Assembly (NCBI GenBank): GCA_964610875.1
Contig: CAZSWP010000003.1
Location: forward strand, 1-48,102
Direction of reading: 5' to 3'
Length of the DNA stretch: 48,102 nucleotides
Origin: an uncultured archaeon
GTDB lineage: Archaea; Asgardarchaeota; Thorarchaeia; Thorarchaeales; Thorarchaeaceae
In this document: positions 18,178-28,733 of the stretch, piece after piece
Layout: each line of letters opens with the position of its first letter
How positions within the stretch are numbered: position 1 is the stretch's first letter
Translations under genes and position numbers: made by a program
The notes under the pieces: generated by a model
Told to the model about the DNA's origin: nothing
What the model saw: only the letters and a program-made list of their open reading frames with translations
Database searches by the model: none

Positions 18178-19266
18178 ATGGATACTCTAAAAACTGAGAT
18201 ATGCGATATACTTGGAATTAAACACCCAATTCTACAAGGGGGGATGGGCCCATACAAAACTGAATCACTAGCAACTGCAGTATCCAATGCGGGAGCTCTT
18301 GGGATTATCAGTAGTATTGGGATGGCAGCAACACTCTTACCAGATGCAGCACCAGTTGATCCAATTCGTCTTTTCGGCTCTACAGACCCACCTAAAGTAC
18401 TACTCCAAAGGTCAATAGAAAGAGTTGCCACAGATACAAGGAAATCAAGAGGAATCTTTGGAATCAATATTCCTGTAGCTTCTGAATTTATTCTTGCATC
18501 AAAGATGTTCTTTGAGCAGACTGTGGAATCCTGTATAAGTGACTCGGATATTGAGCGAAGGCTAAGAGTCATTGTAACTTCAGCAGGTAATCCAACTCCA
18601 TGGGCGGAGATCAAAAAACATGGGTTCATCTGGATTCATGTAGTGCCTTCAGTGTACCATGCGAAAAAGGCAGAGAAAGCAGGTGCGGATATTATAGTTG
18701 CATCTGGACACGAAGGCGGAGCACATGTTTCCTGGGAACCGGTGCATTCTATGGTTCTGACACCAGCTGTTGTTAATGCTGTCAAAACTCCGGTAGTAGC
18801 AGCAGGTGGGTTCTGTGATGGTGCATCATTAGCTGCAGCACTTTGCTTGGGCGCAAAAGGGATCCAAATGGGAACGAGGTTCATTGCAACCAAGGAGAGT
18901 GATTTTGAGCCCATCTGGAAAAATGCAATTATCGAGAAAGGAGAACGTCAGACAATTACAGGAAGAGGTCTTTTTGGTCCAATGCGTTTCCTTTTCAATA
19001 AGAGAGCTGAATGGATTGTAGAAAGAACACTGGAAGATATGCCAAGGTTCTATCTAGGAGAACCAGTTGAATCCAACGAAGAAGTCTTGGAACTTGAACG
19101 CTCTGGGTTTGATGACTTGGTAGATGAGAAAAGTGACACTGCTCTAATGTTTGGTGGAGAATGTGTAGGAAGAATAAATGATATGCCAACAGTTGATGAA
19201 CTGATCTCAGAGATAGTCAGGGATGCAATTGCAGTCCTTAAAGAAACAAAAAATCAGTACACCTGA
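18178..19266 (+). CDS. nitronate monooxygenase / FabK-like flavin oxidoreductase
   Basis: PILQGGMG, GHEGGAH, AAGGF.DG, QMGTRF. Confidence 0.92.
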   Translation: MDTLKTEICDILGIKHPILQGGMGPYKTESLATAVSNAGALGIISSIGMAATLLPDAAPVDPIRLFGSTDPPKVLLQRSIERVATDTRKSRGIFGINIPVASEFILASKMFFEQTVESCISDSDIERRLRVIVTSAGNPTPWAEIKKHGFIWIHVVPSVYHAKKAEKAGADIIVASGHEGGAHVSWEPVHSMVLTPAVVNAVKTPVVAAGGFCDGASLAAALCLGAKGIQMGTRFIATKESDFEPIWKNAIIEKGERQTITGRGLFGPMRFLFNKRAEWIVERTLEDMPRFYLGEPVESNEEVLELERSGFDDLVDEKSDTALMFGGECVGRINDMPTVDELISEIVRDAIAVLKETKNQYT

Positions 19267-19275
19267 TGCTAAATA

Positions 19276-20109
19276 TCAACGACCAAGTAGTTCCCCAATT
19301 GCACCCATTACAGATTTGATTACTTGCCATTGGAACAGGACAATCAATGGATTCCTGATAAGTAAGCCCCATGGTTTTTGTGATTTGGTAAAAGAACCAA
19401 AAACTGCAATGCTTTCCATATTGTCAATTACAATTATTGACATTTGATCAGGATTCCATCCAACAGAAGGTAGGTTGGGTTTTGATAGCACCTCAACCAT
19501 TCTTTCAAGCAGTACTTCAGAAGTTGGTACCTCATCATTGATAGTCAAGTAATGCTGAAATTCTTGAAACCTTGCGGCATCGAATTTCGTTGTGTACAGT
19601 TCTATAAGGACACTGCGTTTCTTTGCAGCTGCGAATGTTGTCCTAAGAGGACTGAGAAGTTTTGGAGACCTTGTTGCAATAAAGACGGATTCCTTTGCCG
19701 TACTGATTGCATTAATCAATTCTAGTGTAATTTGGTCAGTTCCCTGAACAGTCCATACTAGTTCTTCGTGAATGCCTTCCCGATCTTCTTCCAAGGTTTC
19801 TAGAGCAATCTGAGCCGACCTGCTAGAATGTTCAATTTTCTCAAGTAGGTAAGGAATAGCAATTTTTGGCGGAGAGGGTTTGAACTCAGTAGGGTCGGTA
19901 CCTTGAATTCTTCTAGCGATTCCTCTTTTCTCCAGTAAGTCAAGGGTCTCATAGACCTTACTTCGTGGCACACCTGATTGTTCTGCAATCTTTCTAGCAG
20001 GAGACTGCCCTAGTGCCACAAGAGCTTTGTAAGCTTTTGATTCATTTAGGGTTAGACCAAGGTTAAGTAAATCTACTACTACTGTATCGCTTGCCAATTT
20101 TGACACCAC
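19276..20109 (-). CDS. TrmB family transcriptional regulator
   Basis: LGLTLNESKAY...SGVPRSKVYETLDLLEKRG. Confidence 0.92.
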   Translation of the reverse strand: MVSKLASDTVVVDLLNLGLTLNESKAYKALVALGQSPARKIAEQSGVPRSKVYETLDLLEKRGIARRIQGTDPTEFKPSPPKIAIPYLLEKIEHSSRSAQIALETLEEDREGIHEELVWTVQGTDQITLELINAISTAKESVFIATRSPKLLSPLRTTFAAAKKRSVLIELYTTKFDAARFQEFQHYLTINDEVPTSEVLLERMVEVLSKPNLPSVGWNPDQMSIIVIDNMESIAVFGSFTKSQKPWGLLIRNPLIVLFQWQVIKSVMGAIGELLGR

Positions 20110-20141
20110 ATTACCTACAGCTCAATAACTTATGAGTCAAT

Positions 20142-20253
20142 TGTCACTTTAGGAGTAACACAAATAGTTGTTACTTGTTCTTTTGATATCCTTGAGTCTG
20201 GATAAAATGGAGAATCAAACTGCGGAATAGCGATTGTCACTACAAAGGTGACA
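20142..20253. promoter_or_regulatory. two palindromic operators TGTCAC-N7-GT(G/A)ACA
   Basis: TGTCAC tttagga GTAACA (20142-20160) and TGTCAC tacaaag GTGACA (20235-20253) between the divergent trmB and ABC genes. Confidence 0.7.
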
Positions 20254-20291
20254 TCAAGCCTATATCGGAGTTCACCTATAACTAATCAAAG

Positions 20292-21254
20292 GTGTTCTAC
20301 CTGATTGAAATTAAGAACCTCACACACGTCTATGATGGAAAACACAAAGCAGTTGATGACCTATCATTCACTGTAGAAAAAGGTCAGATTGTTGGACTTC
20401 TCGGGCCAAATGGTGCAGGCAAATCCACTGTTGTGAAATTGGTTACTGGAATTCTGAAACCAACTGAAGGAAACGTGACTGTTGATTCCCTTGAAGTAAC
20501 AAAGAATCTACAAGATGTTCGGAAACGATTGGGATTAATGCCTCAAGAAACTGCGCTCTATGAAGATCTGACTGCTCAAGAGACCTTAGAATATCATGCA
20601 GTCCTTTATGGTGTAGATAAAGAAATTGCACAGCAGAAGATTTCAGAGATGCTTGAACTCGCAGGTTTAACACATCGAAAAGATGATTTAGTCAAGACAT
20701 ACTCAGGCGGAATGAAACGCAGACTCGCACTTGTAAGGTCAATCCTCCATGATTCGGATTTTCTTATTCTTGATGAAATGAGTTTGGGTGTAGATGTCCA
20801 GAGTCGAAACCTAATCTGGGAACAGGTAAAGAAACTCAAGAGTGAAGGGAAAACGATTCTGTTCTGCACTAACTACATGGAAGAAGCCGAAGCCATTGCT
20901 GATTACTTATTCATCATCGATCAAGGAAAACTTGTTGCCCAAGGAACACCAAACGAATTGAAACAAGAGTACATTGGAGAATATTTGATCGAGGTCAGCG
21001 TTGAAGGATTTCAAGACACTCATGACAAAGACTGGTTAACAAAGAATCTGAGTATGCGTATAAAAAGTCTAACGGAAGAAGAAGGCGGAAGTGTAAAAAC
21101 AGCATGGATTTGGAGTGAGAAGGGGTATGATGACCTTCCTAGAGCAATAACAAAGTTAACAGATTTAGGACTCGTGGTGAAGCAGGCATCGATGCGGGAG
21201 CCGTCTCTTGGTGATGTCTTTCTGACAATTACAGGTTCAAAACTGAGGGATTAG
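20292..21254 (+). CDS. ABC exporter ATP-binding protein (DrrA-like)
   Basis: GPNGAGKS, YSGGMKRR, LILDE; true start may be CTG at 20301. Confidence 0.95.
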   Translation: MFYLIEIKNLTHVYDGKHKAVDDLSFTVEKGQIVGLLGPNGAGKSTVVKLVTGILKPTEGNVTVDSLEVTKNLQDVRKRLGLMPQETALYEDLTAQETLEYHAVLYGVDKEIAQQKISEMLELAGLTHRKDDLVKTYSGGMKRRLALVRSILHDSDFLILDEMSLGVDVQSRNLIWEQVKKLKSEGKTILFCTNYMEEAEAIADYLFIIDQGKLVAQGTPNELKQEYIGEYLIEVSVEGFQDTHDKDWLTKNLSMRIKSLTEEEGGSVKTAWIWSEKGYDDLPRAITKLTDLGLVVKQASMREPSLGDVFLTITGSKLRD

Positions 21255-21255
21255 T

Positions 21256-22392
21256 ATGCGTAGAGAGATAGCAGCAGTAGTCAAGAAAGACCTGATACTG
21301 GCAAAACGCGATCCACGTTTCATGGGGCCTTCATTTATTGTACCAATAGTTTTTCTTTCCGTTTTCGTTATTATGTCGAGTTCTGTTGGTTCTGGTGGAG
21401 AAGCTTTCACGTGTGGACTGGTTGTTGAGGACGATACAGCTTTTGGTGAAGAGATGGCCGGAATAATAGAAAATATGAGGTCAACAACAAATCACACATG
21501 GTTCACTACTACACGATACACTCCTGAACAAGCATCACAACTTTTTCAAAATGGTGATCTTATCGCGTATATTTTGATACCAGAAGATTTCGGAGCAAAT
21601 ATATCTGCAGGTCTAGGTGCAAACATTGTGTTGTATGTAAACAATGTGAATGATGATGTTGTGAAGAACTATGTCCACAGAGTAGAAAATGCTGTTTTGT
21701 TGTATAATCAAGGAGCAACTTCACCAGATTTCGATCAATCAGAGGCAAAGGTCGCATTAGAAGAAACATTGGTACTTCACGAAACGCCGGGTATACTTGA
21801 ATACTCTGGAGCGGCCGCAGTGATGCTCTCCCTGATGGCATGCATTTTGACAGGACAAGCGATGAGTACGGCAACTGATTTTGAAACAAAAGCAATCTAT
21901 GACACAATCAACTCACCAACTTCAAGGATAGCATTGGTTCTTGGAGCGACAATTGCAGCGATTCCCAGAACTCTCGCGGTGCTGATGATAACAATACCAA
22001 TTATTACAATCATGACAGGGATGACCCCAGTAGGCAATATTTTCATCCTATTTGGCATCCTCATTCTGACTATTATAGGACTAGTACCTATCGGAGAATT
22101 AATCGGTCTCATCACAAAGAAACGTGAAACTGCATTACTGTCTGGTGTTTTACTATCTGTAGTAGGTTTCTTTGTTGGAGGAGGACTTGCGCCAGTAGCT
22201 CTGATTCCGATAAATTTCAGGGTTTTCTCATTGCTATTTCCCACAACGTACGGACTTGGGATGTGGACACGTATTTTCTTCTATGATACTTTTACAGGTC
22301 TTTTAGGAGGGACACTTGCACTTCTTGGGATTTGGATTGTTGGGTCATTTATTGTGGTCCAGCTTATGAAAAGGGAGGTCGAACGAACATGA
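21256..22392 (+). CDS. ABC-2 type permease
   Basis: N-terminal TM, extracellular domain, C-terminal TM bundle; operon context. Confidence 0.9.
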   Translation: MRREIAAVVKKDLILAKRDPRFMGPSFIVPIVFLSVFVIMSSSVGSGGEAFTCGLVVEDDTAFGEEMAGIIENMRSTTNHTWFTTTRYTPEQASQLFQNGDLIAYILIPEDFGANISAGLGANIVLYVNNVNDDVVKNYVHRVENAVLLYNQGATSPDFDQSEAKVALEETLVLHETPGILEYSGAAAVMLSLMACILTGQAMSTATDFETKAIYDTINSPTSRIALVLGATIAAIPRTLAVLMITIPIITIMTGMTPVGNIFILFGILILTIIGLVPIGELIGLITKKRETALLSGVLLSVVGFFVGGGLAPVALIPINFRVFSLLFPTTYGLGMWTRIFFYDTFTGLLGGTLALLGIWIVGSFIVVQLMKREVERT

Positions 22393-23570
22393 GTAGCTTT
22401 GCTAGAGTGTTATTCTCCTCCTTTATTAAAGAGATGAGAGTATGGAGAAGAAATCCACCCAAGTTAATGTTGGTGGTCCTCTTACCAATAATGTTCTGGA
22501 TAGGATTCAATGTTATGATGGGAGGAGTATATTCAACTGGTATAGAAGCAGCATTAGTGGTTGAGGAAGATAGTCCAGGATATTACACAAATGGACTAAT
22601 TGGAGTGCTTGGAGAGCCAGATCCCATCCCACCGAGTCTTCAATTATTCAGGATGGATACAGACCAAGCAAATACGATGTTTGAGAATGGTGATATCCAA
22701 CTCGTAATCACGATACCTCAAGGTTTCGAGCAAGCCCTGGAGAACAATGAGGCGACATTTATCCACATTCAAGTTGGTAATCTGCATGAGGATATGACTA
22801 AAAATCTGCGGATGCCCGTCATTAGAAAACTTGACATCTTTTATCAGACATATCTGGAAAATGATAGTATAGTTGATTTTGATTACGAAACACTCCGTAT
22901 ATACACATATCCTAGATTGGCATACATGTCATGGACTATCGCAATCTATAGCATAATGTTCAGTGCTATGTATATTGCAGGTTCCTCTATGACACAAGAA
23001 TTTGAACAGAATACGTTTGCAGAAATTGAGATGTCGAACCAATCCCCGACTTCAATCTATACTGGTAAGTTACTAAGTGGATTAACGCTTAGCTACTTAG
23101 CTGCACCTGTATTATTGCTCCTTTCGTGGCTTTTAAATGGGACTTGGCCAAATGGTGAATTTCTCATCTTCTTAGCTTTAACGATTCCATTAGCATTATT
23201 ATCAGCATGTCTTGGTATTATTTTTGGTACGGTCTTCAGAAACTCTGTTTATCTAGTCCCGATAGCAGCATTCGCTTCAATGTTCTATTGGATTATCGCT
23301 GGAGGAATCGCACCAGTAAGCATGGTAGGCATAAGTTTTGATATTATAGACTCGTATTCACCGTTTTCAAATGTATACAGATCGCTAGTTCTAATGTTTA
23401 TCGAATCAGCATACACCTATCTCTTAATGGATTTAGGAGTGATACTCAGCTTTGCATTTGTATTCATGGTTGTATCACCAAGAATTGCTGATAGATTATC
23501 AAAGATTGATTTTGCATCTATAATTCAGCGAAGGCGAGAGATGAGAAAAAGTGAAGCAAAATCACAGTGA
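22389..23570 (+). CDS. ABC-2 type permease
   Basis: ATGA overlap with the previous stop; same architecture. Confidence 0.9.
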   Translation: MSSFARVLFSSFIKEMRVWRRNPPKLMLVVLLPIMFWIGFNVMMGGVYSTGIEAALVVEEDSPGYYTNGLIGVLGEPDPIPPSLQLFRMDTDQANTMFENGDIQLVITIPQGFEQALENNEATFIHIQVGNLHEDMTKNLRMPVIRKLDIFYQTYLENDSIVDFDYETLRIYTYPRLAYMSWTIAIYSIMFSAMYIAGSSMTQEFEQNTFAEIEMSNQSPTSIYTGKLLSGLTLSYLAAPVLLLLSWLLNGTWPNGEFLIFLALTIPLALLSACLGIIFGTVFRNSVYLVPIAAFASMFYWIIAGGIAPVSMVGISFDIIDSYSPFSNVYRSLVLMFIESAYTYLLMDLGVILSFAFVFMVVSPRIADRLSKIDFASIIQRRREMRKSEAKSQ

Positions 23571-23656
23571 GAATTTGATAAGTCAAATGAGTTCCTAGGC
23601 ATTTTTATGTAATCCAGACCTCGGACTATTGAGGTTATCTAAGTAGTACGTGGTCT

Positions 23657-24928
23657 GTGATTACCGTGATGCGAGATTCACTAGTGGGCTTTGTTACCAG
23701 TCCATGGAACAGGATTTCAACCAAAGCTACAGATACTTTTGGGCTGAACCCTGTACCCTGTCCAACTGAGATTGATTATACAACAAAGACAAAGATAGAA
23801 TCATTTGGAGGATGGATTGAGGGTTCCAAATTCATTTTTACAAAGGAGAGCCTGCGTCGAAGAGTAATACATACTGGTGTTCTTGCAAGAGAGTATATGC
23901 ACATCCCATTATCAAAGGAAGGATTTGAAAATTCTGTAAAAGAAGACTTTGCTTTTGCTTATGGAGCACTCTGGTTGCCTTTTAGAATGCAAAAGGAATG
24001 GTACAAGAAATGGGAGGAATACTGCAAATTTAGAGGTTCCCCAACAACAGGTTTCTTTTCACCATGCGCTGCGTTTCAAATGTTCCAGAGTTTCTCAAGT
24101 TCAGCGTATTTCGACAAGTTGCTAACCGAATATATCTTGATGAAGAAGATTGGACTTGTTCTCTCCGAGAATGATTATGTCCTTCACATGCTTGAGCGGA
24201 TACGAAGATTTTCTGTGCAATTGAATAAGACAGATTTCGGTTTAATTCGACGATTAATTGCAGATCCCGGTGTAAAAAGATCTGAACTTGCAAAGGAAAC
24301 AAATATATCAACACATTGGGTTTCTCGCAGACTATCATCGCTTCAAAAACACGGTGTTCTGCAGAAGTATTCCGATATCTTCTATCCAGGGATTGGAATG
24401 AAACAGTTCATTTTATTGATCAATTCAGAAAAGGAGGATTCAGTTTTTGATTATATCAAGGATTTACCATTCCTTTATTCAGCAAACCGTGTCATTTCTG
24501 GTGACTATGATTTAGCTGCAGTTGTTCAAATCCCGGATAATTCTAAGAATCTGACACTAGTACAGTCGTATCTGAAAATCCTTAGCGATCAGGATTTCAC
24601 TGTACAGACTCATGAAATCAAAGCGGGATTTGGAAATCGATGTTTCGACCATTATTCTACTCAAAGAAATTCATGGGAACTCCCTTGGGAATTATTTGGA
24701 CCCCATTTGAAAAAAATCTTCGATGAAGGACTCAGCAAAGTAATGACGCCGTATATGAGACCTCATAAACGGGCAGGTTTCAAAATGGAGAGATTAGACC
24801 TCCGGATCATCGAAGAATATAATATTGATCACCCCTTAAGGAACATCCGAGAAAAACTTGGCATTAAGTATCAGAATCTCGTACATAGGATAAATCGATT
24901 GAAAAAAGAAGGCATAATTCATTCCTAG
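23657..24928 (+). CDS. multidomain wHTH / Lrp-RAM-like regulator, C-terminus possibly truncated
   Basis: RSELAKETNISTHWVSRRLSSLQKHG HTH, RAM-like segment, second HTH at the C-terminus. Confidence 0.7.
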   Translation: MITVMRDSLVGFVTSPWNRISTKATDTFGLNPVPCPTEIDYTTKTKIESFGGWIEGSKFIFTKESLRRRVIHTGVLAREYMHIPLSKEGFENSVKEDFAFAYGALWLPFRMQKEWYKKWEEYCKFRGSPTTGFFSPCAAFQMFQSFSSSAYFDKLLTEYILMKKIGLVLSENDYVLHMLERIRRFSVQLNKTDFGLIRRLIADPGVKRSELAKETNISTHWVSRRLSSLQKHGVLQKYSDIFYPGIGMKQFILLINSEKEDSVFDYIKDLPFLYSANRVISGDYDLAAVVQIPDNSKNLTLVQSYLKILSDQDFTVQTHEIKAGFGNRCFDHYSTQRNSWELPWELFGPHLKKIFDEGLSKVMTPYMRPHKRAGFKMERLDLRIIEEYNIDHPLRNIREKLGIKYQNLVHRINRLKKEGIIHS

Positions 24929-25081
24929 ACTTCTAAAAAATTGTGGACTATAAGTAGTGACTTTCGGTATTTGAGCTTGTGACCTTTGAAGAAAGAAACG
25001 CCAGTAGTGATTCTACCAGAATTGGTTGTTATCAATCACAAGAATCTGAGGTTTTGTGGTCACGAAAGCTCGTCGGGAGGA

Positions 25082-25369
25082 CTGACGATTATAGATAATA
25101 CATTGTATGTTGTGACACAAGCAAATTGTATCAACTGCCCTGTGGCTAAGGTAGTGGTACAGGAAGCCATCGAAGGAAGTCCTATACAATTGGAGATAGT
25201 AGATTTGCTTGATATGGACCCTAATTTTGAGTTCGGACTTCTTGAAAATCAAGTGTTCATCTCTTCAACACCAAGCGTCATACTGGAGAATAACGGTGCA
25301 CTAAGGATGCTCTATTCTGGAACGGTACCTTCTGTTGAAGAACTACGAAAACGGATAGGGGTGAGCTAG
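25082..25369 (+). CDS. thioredoxin/glutaredoxin-like protein (NrdH-like)
   Basis: CINCP redox motif and cis-Pro loop STPSV; start uncertain (CTG 25082 or ATT 25088 after GGAGG). Confidence 0.82.
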   Translation: MTIIDNTLYVVTQANCINCPVAKVVVQEAIEGSPIQLEIVDLLDMDPNFEFGLLENQVFISSTPSVILENNGALRMLYSGTVPSVEELRKRIGVS

Positions 25370-25371
25370 AT

Positions 25372-27516
25372 TTGACTGATATTCGACCATCAATCACTGA
25401 CGAAAGTGAAGATATTCGTGCACGAGAAGGGAAGCTACCAAAGGTTCGCTCAACAGCAGGGACCATGATGTCCTTTGAAGCAGACAGGATAATCACTAGT
25501 CTTCTACAGGAAGCTGGACTCTCTGATTCAGATGCCCAGCTTATAGCTATCCGAGTCATGGATCGAATTGTAGCCTCTGGAATCAAGTTTCTATCGGGCC
25601 CATTGATTCGTGAGATGTGTAATAGTGTCCTTGCAGAGATGGGACTAGAGAAAGAACGTATCAGGTATACTCGTGTTGGCGTCCCCATGTATGACCTTGA
25701 TCAGTTAATCAATGCTCCTGCTAATCATACTTCTAATGCTAATCTCATGAGAAATCCAGAAACCATCGCCAAGCTCGTTCATGACCAGGTCATGGAACAA
25801 CATACCTTTCTATCAATCCCCCCACATCTTGCAGATGCCCATCTTCGTGGTGATATCTACATCAAAGACCGGGAGTATTTTTCTACAAGAGATTATTGTG
25901 CTACATGGGACCTCAGACAGGTCCTTAAACTTGGCATCGCGCCTGACGGTCTCGGAGGAATCCATTCAAGCGCAGCAGGTCCTGCAAGACACCTTCATGT
26001 CGCAGTGAATCACTCTGCTATCTGGCTTGCTGCAGCTCAGAGCTCCTTTGCTGGTGGCCAGGGATTTTTCTTCTACAACACATTTCTGGCACCTTTCCTC
26101 AAAGGACAGCCCTACAAAAAAATCAAACAGGCTGCACAGCAACTCATATTCACACTTACACAACAATATGTTGCTCGAGGTGGACAGGTCATCTTCTCCA
26201 GTGTGGATCTTACTCCAGGTATTCCGAAAATCATGAAAAATGTTTCCGCAGTGCTCCCAGGTGGACAAGAAACTGAGGTTACTTATGGGGACTATGAGGA
26301 CGAGGCTAATCAGTTCTTCAATGCCTTTATGGAAGTGATGCTCGAAGGAGATGCGAAAGGTAAAGGTTTCAACTTTCCAAAGCCTAACATTGTCCTCAGA
26401 GAGGAGTTTATGAAACCTGAGTTTGATGAGTCGTGGCATAAAGTTGCCGAACTCACAGCAAAGTTCAGTTCTCCCTATTTTGAGAACTACCTCAACTGGC
26501 GTTCTTCAATCGAAGCTGGTTGTAGTAGTTGCTGTTCTCACTTGTGGACTGCTAGCTCTGAAGAAGAGTTGGAGGAGTTTCTGTCAGGCAATATGGTATT
26601 TGGCGCATCACAGATGGTGACCCCTAACTTTGGTCGTGCTGCATACATTGGTCGTTCAGACGAGGACCGGTTCTTTGCAAAGCTGGATGATTACATCAGG
26701 CTATGTAAAGAGGTTGTCATTGAGAAAAAACATTTCATGGACAAACTCATTGCTTCAGGCTCAGTCCCTTTCTATACACAGCCAAAGCCAAATGGTGATC
26801 CACTCATTGAGATGAATAAACGTGAGTTCTTGCTCGGAACCGTTGGCTTTGATGAGATGTGTCAGATCATAACAGGAAATTCTCTTCATGAGAGAGAGGG
26901 AACACGTTTTGGCATCAAGGTCCTTAAGCATTTGAAGGAAAGATCTTTGGAGTTTCAAGACGAGACCGGTCTGCACTTTGGTGTGACTCGTACTCCTGCC
27001 GAGAGTGCTGCTGGTAGACTTGCTGCTAAGGATTATCGTGCATATTCTGGCATTAGGAAATACCTCAAAGGTACGTTTCCCAATATTTACTATACGAACA
27101 GCACAGCAATTGATGTTGGTGCGGCCCTCTCATTGAGTGACCGCATTAGGACTGAGGGTATGTTCCATCCCTACATGGATGGTGGAGCTCTGACCCACAT
27201 CTTTTTGGGTGAGGCGAATCCTGACCCAGATGCCCTCTGGAATCTGACCTTGAAAATTGCAAAAGAAACTCTCTCATCATATTGGGCATTCACAAAGGAT
27301 ATACTTGTATGTGGAAAGTGTGGATACCAAGCCGGCATAGATTGGAGACGTGCCTGTTTTGCATCGATTGAAGATTTAGATAGTATTCGGTGTCCTAAAT
27401 GTGGTTTCGTAGGATGTGACATTGTGAGTCGGATTACAGGTTATGCCCAGTCAATCCAGAGTTTCAATAAAGCTAAACGTCAGGAGTTCTTAGATAGGCA
27501 TCGTTATTCTATATGA
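25372..27516 (+). CDS. nrdD: class III anaerobic ribonucleoside-triphosphate reductase with ATP cone
   Basis: ATP cone, AHLRGDIYI, FAGGQG, TPAES, YYTNS, CGKC..CPKC, glycyl-radical SRITGY. Confidence 0.95.
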   Translation: MTDIRPSITDESEDIRAREGKLPKVRSTAGTMMSFEADRIITSLLQEAGLSDSDAQLIAIRVMDRIVASGIKFLSGPLIREMCNSVLAEMGLEKERIRYTRVGVPMYDLDQLINAPANHTSNANLMRNPETIAKLVHDQVMEQHTFLSIPPHLADAHLRGDIYIKDREYFSTRDYCATWDLRQVLKLGIAPDGLGGIHSSAAGPARHLHVAVNHSAIWLAAAQSSFAGGQGFFFYNTFLAPFLKGQPYKKIKQAAQQLIFTLTQQYVARGGQVIFSSVDLTPGIPKIMKNVSAVLPGGQETEVTYGDYEDEANQFFNAFMEVMLEGDAKGKGFNFPKPNIVLREEFMKPEFDESWHKVAELTAKFSSPYFENYLNWRSSIEAGCSSCCSHLWTASSEEELEEFLSGNMVFGASQMVTPNFGRAAYIGRSDEDRFFAKLDDYIRLCKEVVIEKKHFMDKLIASGSVPFYTQPKPNGDPLIEMNKREFLLGTVGFDEMCQIITGNSLHEREGTRFGIKVLKHLKERSLEFQDETGLHFGVTRTPAESAAGRLAAKDYRAYSGIRKYLKGTFPNIYYTNSTAIDVGAALSLSDRIRTEGMFHPYMDGGALTHIFLGEANPDPDALWNLTLKIAKETLSSYWAFTKDILVCGKCGYQAGIDWRRACFASIEDLDSIRCPKCGFVGCDIVSRITGYAQSIQSFNKAKRQEFLDRHRYSI

Positions 27517-27610
27517 GAACAGGAGAATATATCTTCATTTGAAACTACTTTTGGAACCTTGAGGACTATGGGAAGTTTTCTTTTTCATCGGTCTAATAAT
27601 TTCCCATACT

Positions 27611-27841
27611 TCATTTGGTTTTATATTGTAGCCAGAGATGGTAGAAGTTGAAAATGATGCCAATTGGGACTAACAGTAGAAACAGTGTGCCTGCAATAGG
27701 CGGTCCGCTATGAGTTGGCTCACCAGGGATTACAGGATCCATCAGAAGTGTGAGCCATATTGTGATTGCATTCAGAGCAATACCCAAGACTACGAAACTG
27801 ATACCAGAATAGAGATACTTTTGATCCATTCCACCCACCAA
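27611..27841 (-). CDS. small membrane protein
   Basis: Two TM segments. Confidence 0.55.
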   Translation of the reverse strand: MVGGMDQKYLYSGISFVVLGIALNAITIWLTLLMDPVIPGEPTHSGPPIAGTLFLLLVPIGIIFNFYHLWLQYKTK

Positions 27842-27886
27842 ATCTATGTATACGTGCGGCAGAATATAGAATATTTCATTATAGCA

Positions 27887-28636
27887 TTAGAGTTGACGAA
27901 TAGGAAGGTCAATGTAGCTTCGGATGTTGTAGATATGCTCACGTTCATGCTCCAAGAAACGTCTGAGTATCTTATAGACTGTCCAGGTTTCATTAGGATG
28001 ATTTGTGTAATCGCTTCTCTTGAGAAGTATACCATTCTTTTGGGGGACAAGTTCCGTTAATACTGCGATACAGGCATCACGTACGATACTGAGACGTTCA
28101 ATGATATGCAATGAGTCGGCTTCATCCACCGACATGCCTAGTTTCTGTTCATAAAGATCGTCAGCTTCTCTACCGAGGCGAGAGATATAGAACTCTTCAG
28201 CATTGCAAATATGGCTCAGAATATCTATGATGTTTCTTTTTTTTCCAAGAGGAATGTGTTTCAACTGTGTGGGTGAGAGACCTTTCATCAGTGACAGTAG
28301 ATCCATTCGATTGTAGCTCATCAACTGAACAATCTGTTTTAGTGCTTCATTAGAAATAAGTTGGTGGTCAAAACTGAATGTCGCTACTTCACCACCAGAT
28401 TCTCCTAGTTTCGATACATTCTCAACATGTTCTACAATCTTGATAGGAATTATTCTGAAACGGGGTGCTCTATCATCGTGATGTTGCAACCATGCGATAT
28501 GATAATTGAGTTCTTCCTTGAGTCTAGTAAGTAATGTATCCTTGTCATCGGCCCGTGCATGGGTGCCAATGAACTCTATGATTCTTCCATACCATCGACC
28601 TGTTGCTGAACTCTCAACAGCAGCATTATATCCCAT
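27887..28636 (-). CDS. DinB family protein with HicB-like N-terminus
   Basis: ILSHICNAEEFY, WT..KILRRFLEHEREH. Confidence 0.85.
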   Translation of the reverse strand: MGYNAAVESSATGRWYGRIIEFIGTHARADDKDTLLTRLKEELNYHIAWLQHHDDRAPRFRIIPIKIVEHVENVSKLGESGGEVATFSFDHQLISNEALKQIVQLMSYNRMDLLSLMKGLSPTQLKHIPLGKKRNIIDILSHICNAEEFYISRLGREADDLYEQKLGMSVDEADSLHIIERLSIVRDACIAVLTELVPQKNGILLKRSDYTNHPNETWTVYKILRRFLEHEREHIYNIRSYIDLPIRQL

Positions 28637-28733
28637 AGTATAACAAATATTCTAATCTCACTTGAATTTGTGGTATGATATTGTAATTATGTGAGTGTAC
28701 CTTTCAGGACTTTTTCTTGATTGTAAAACCAAT

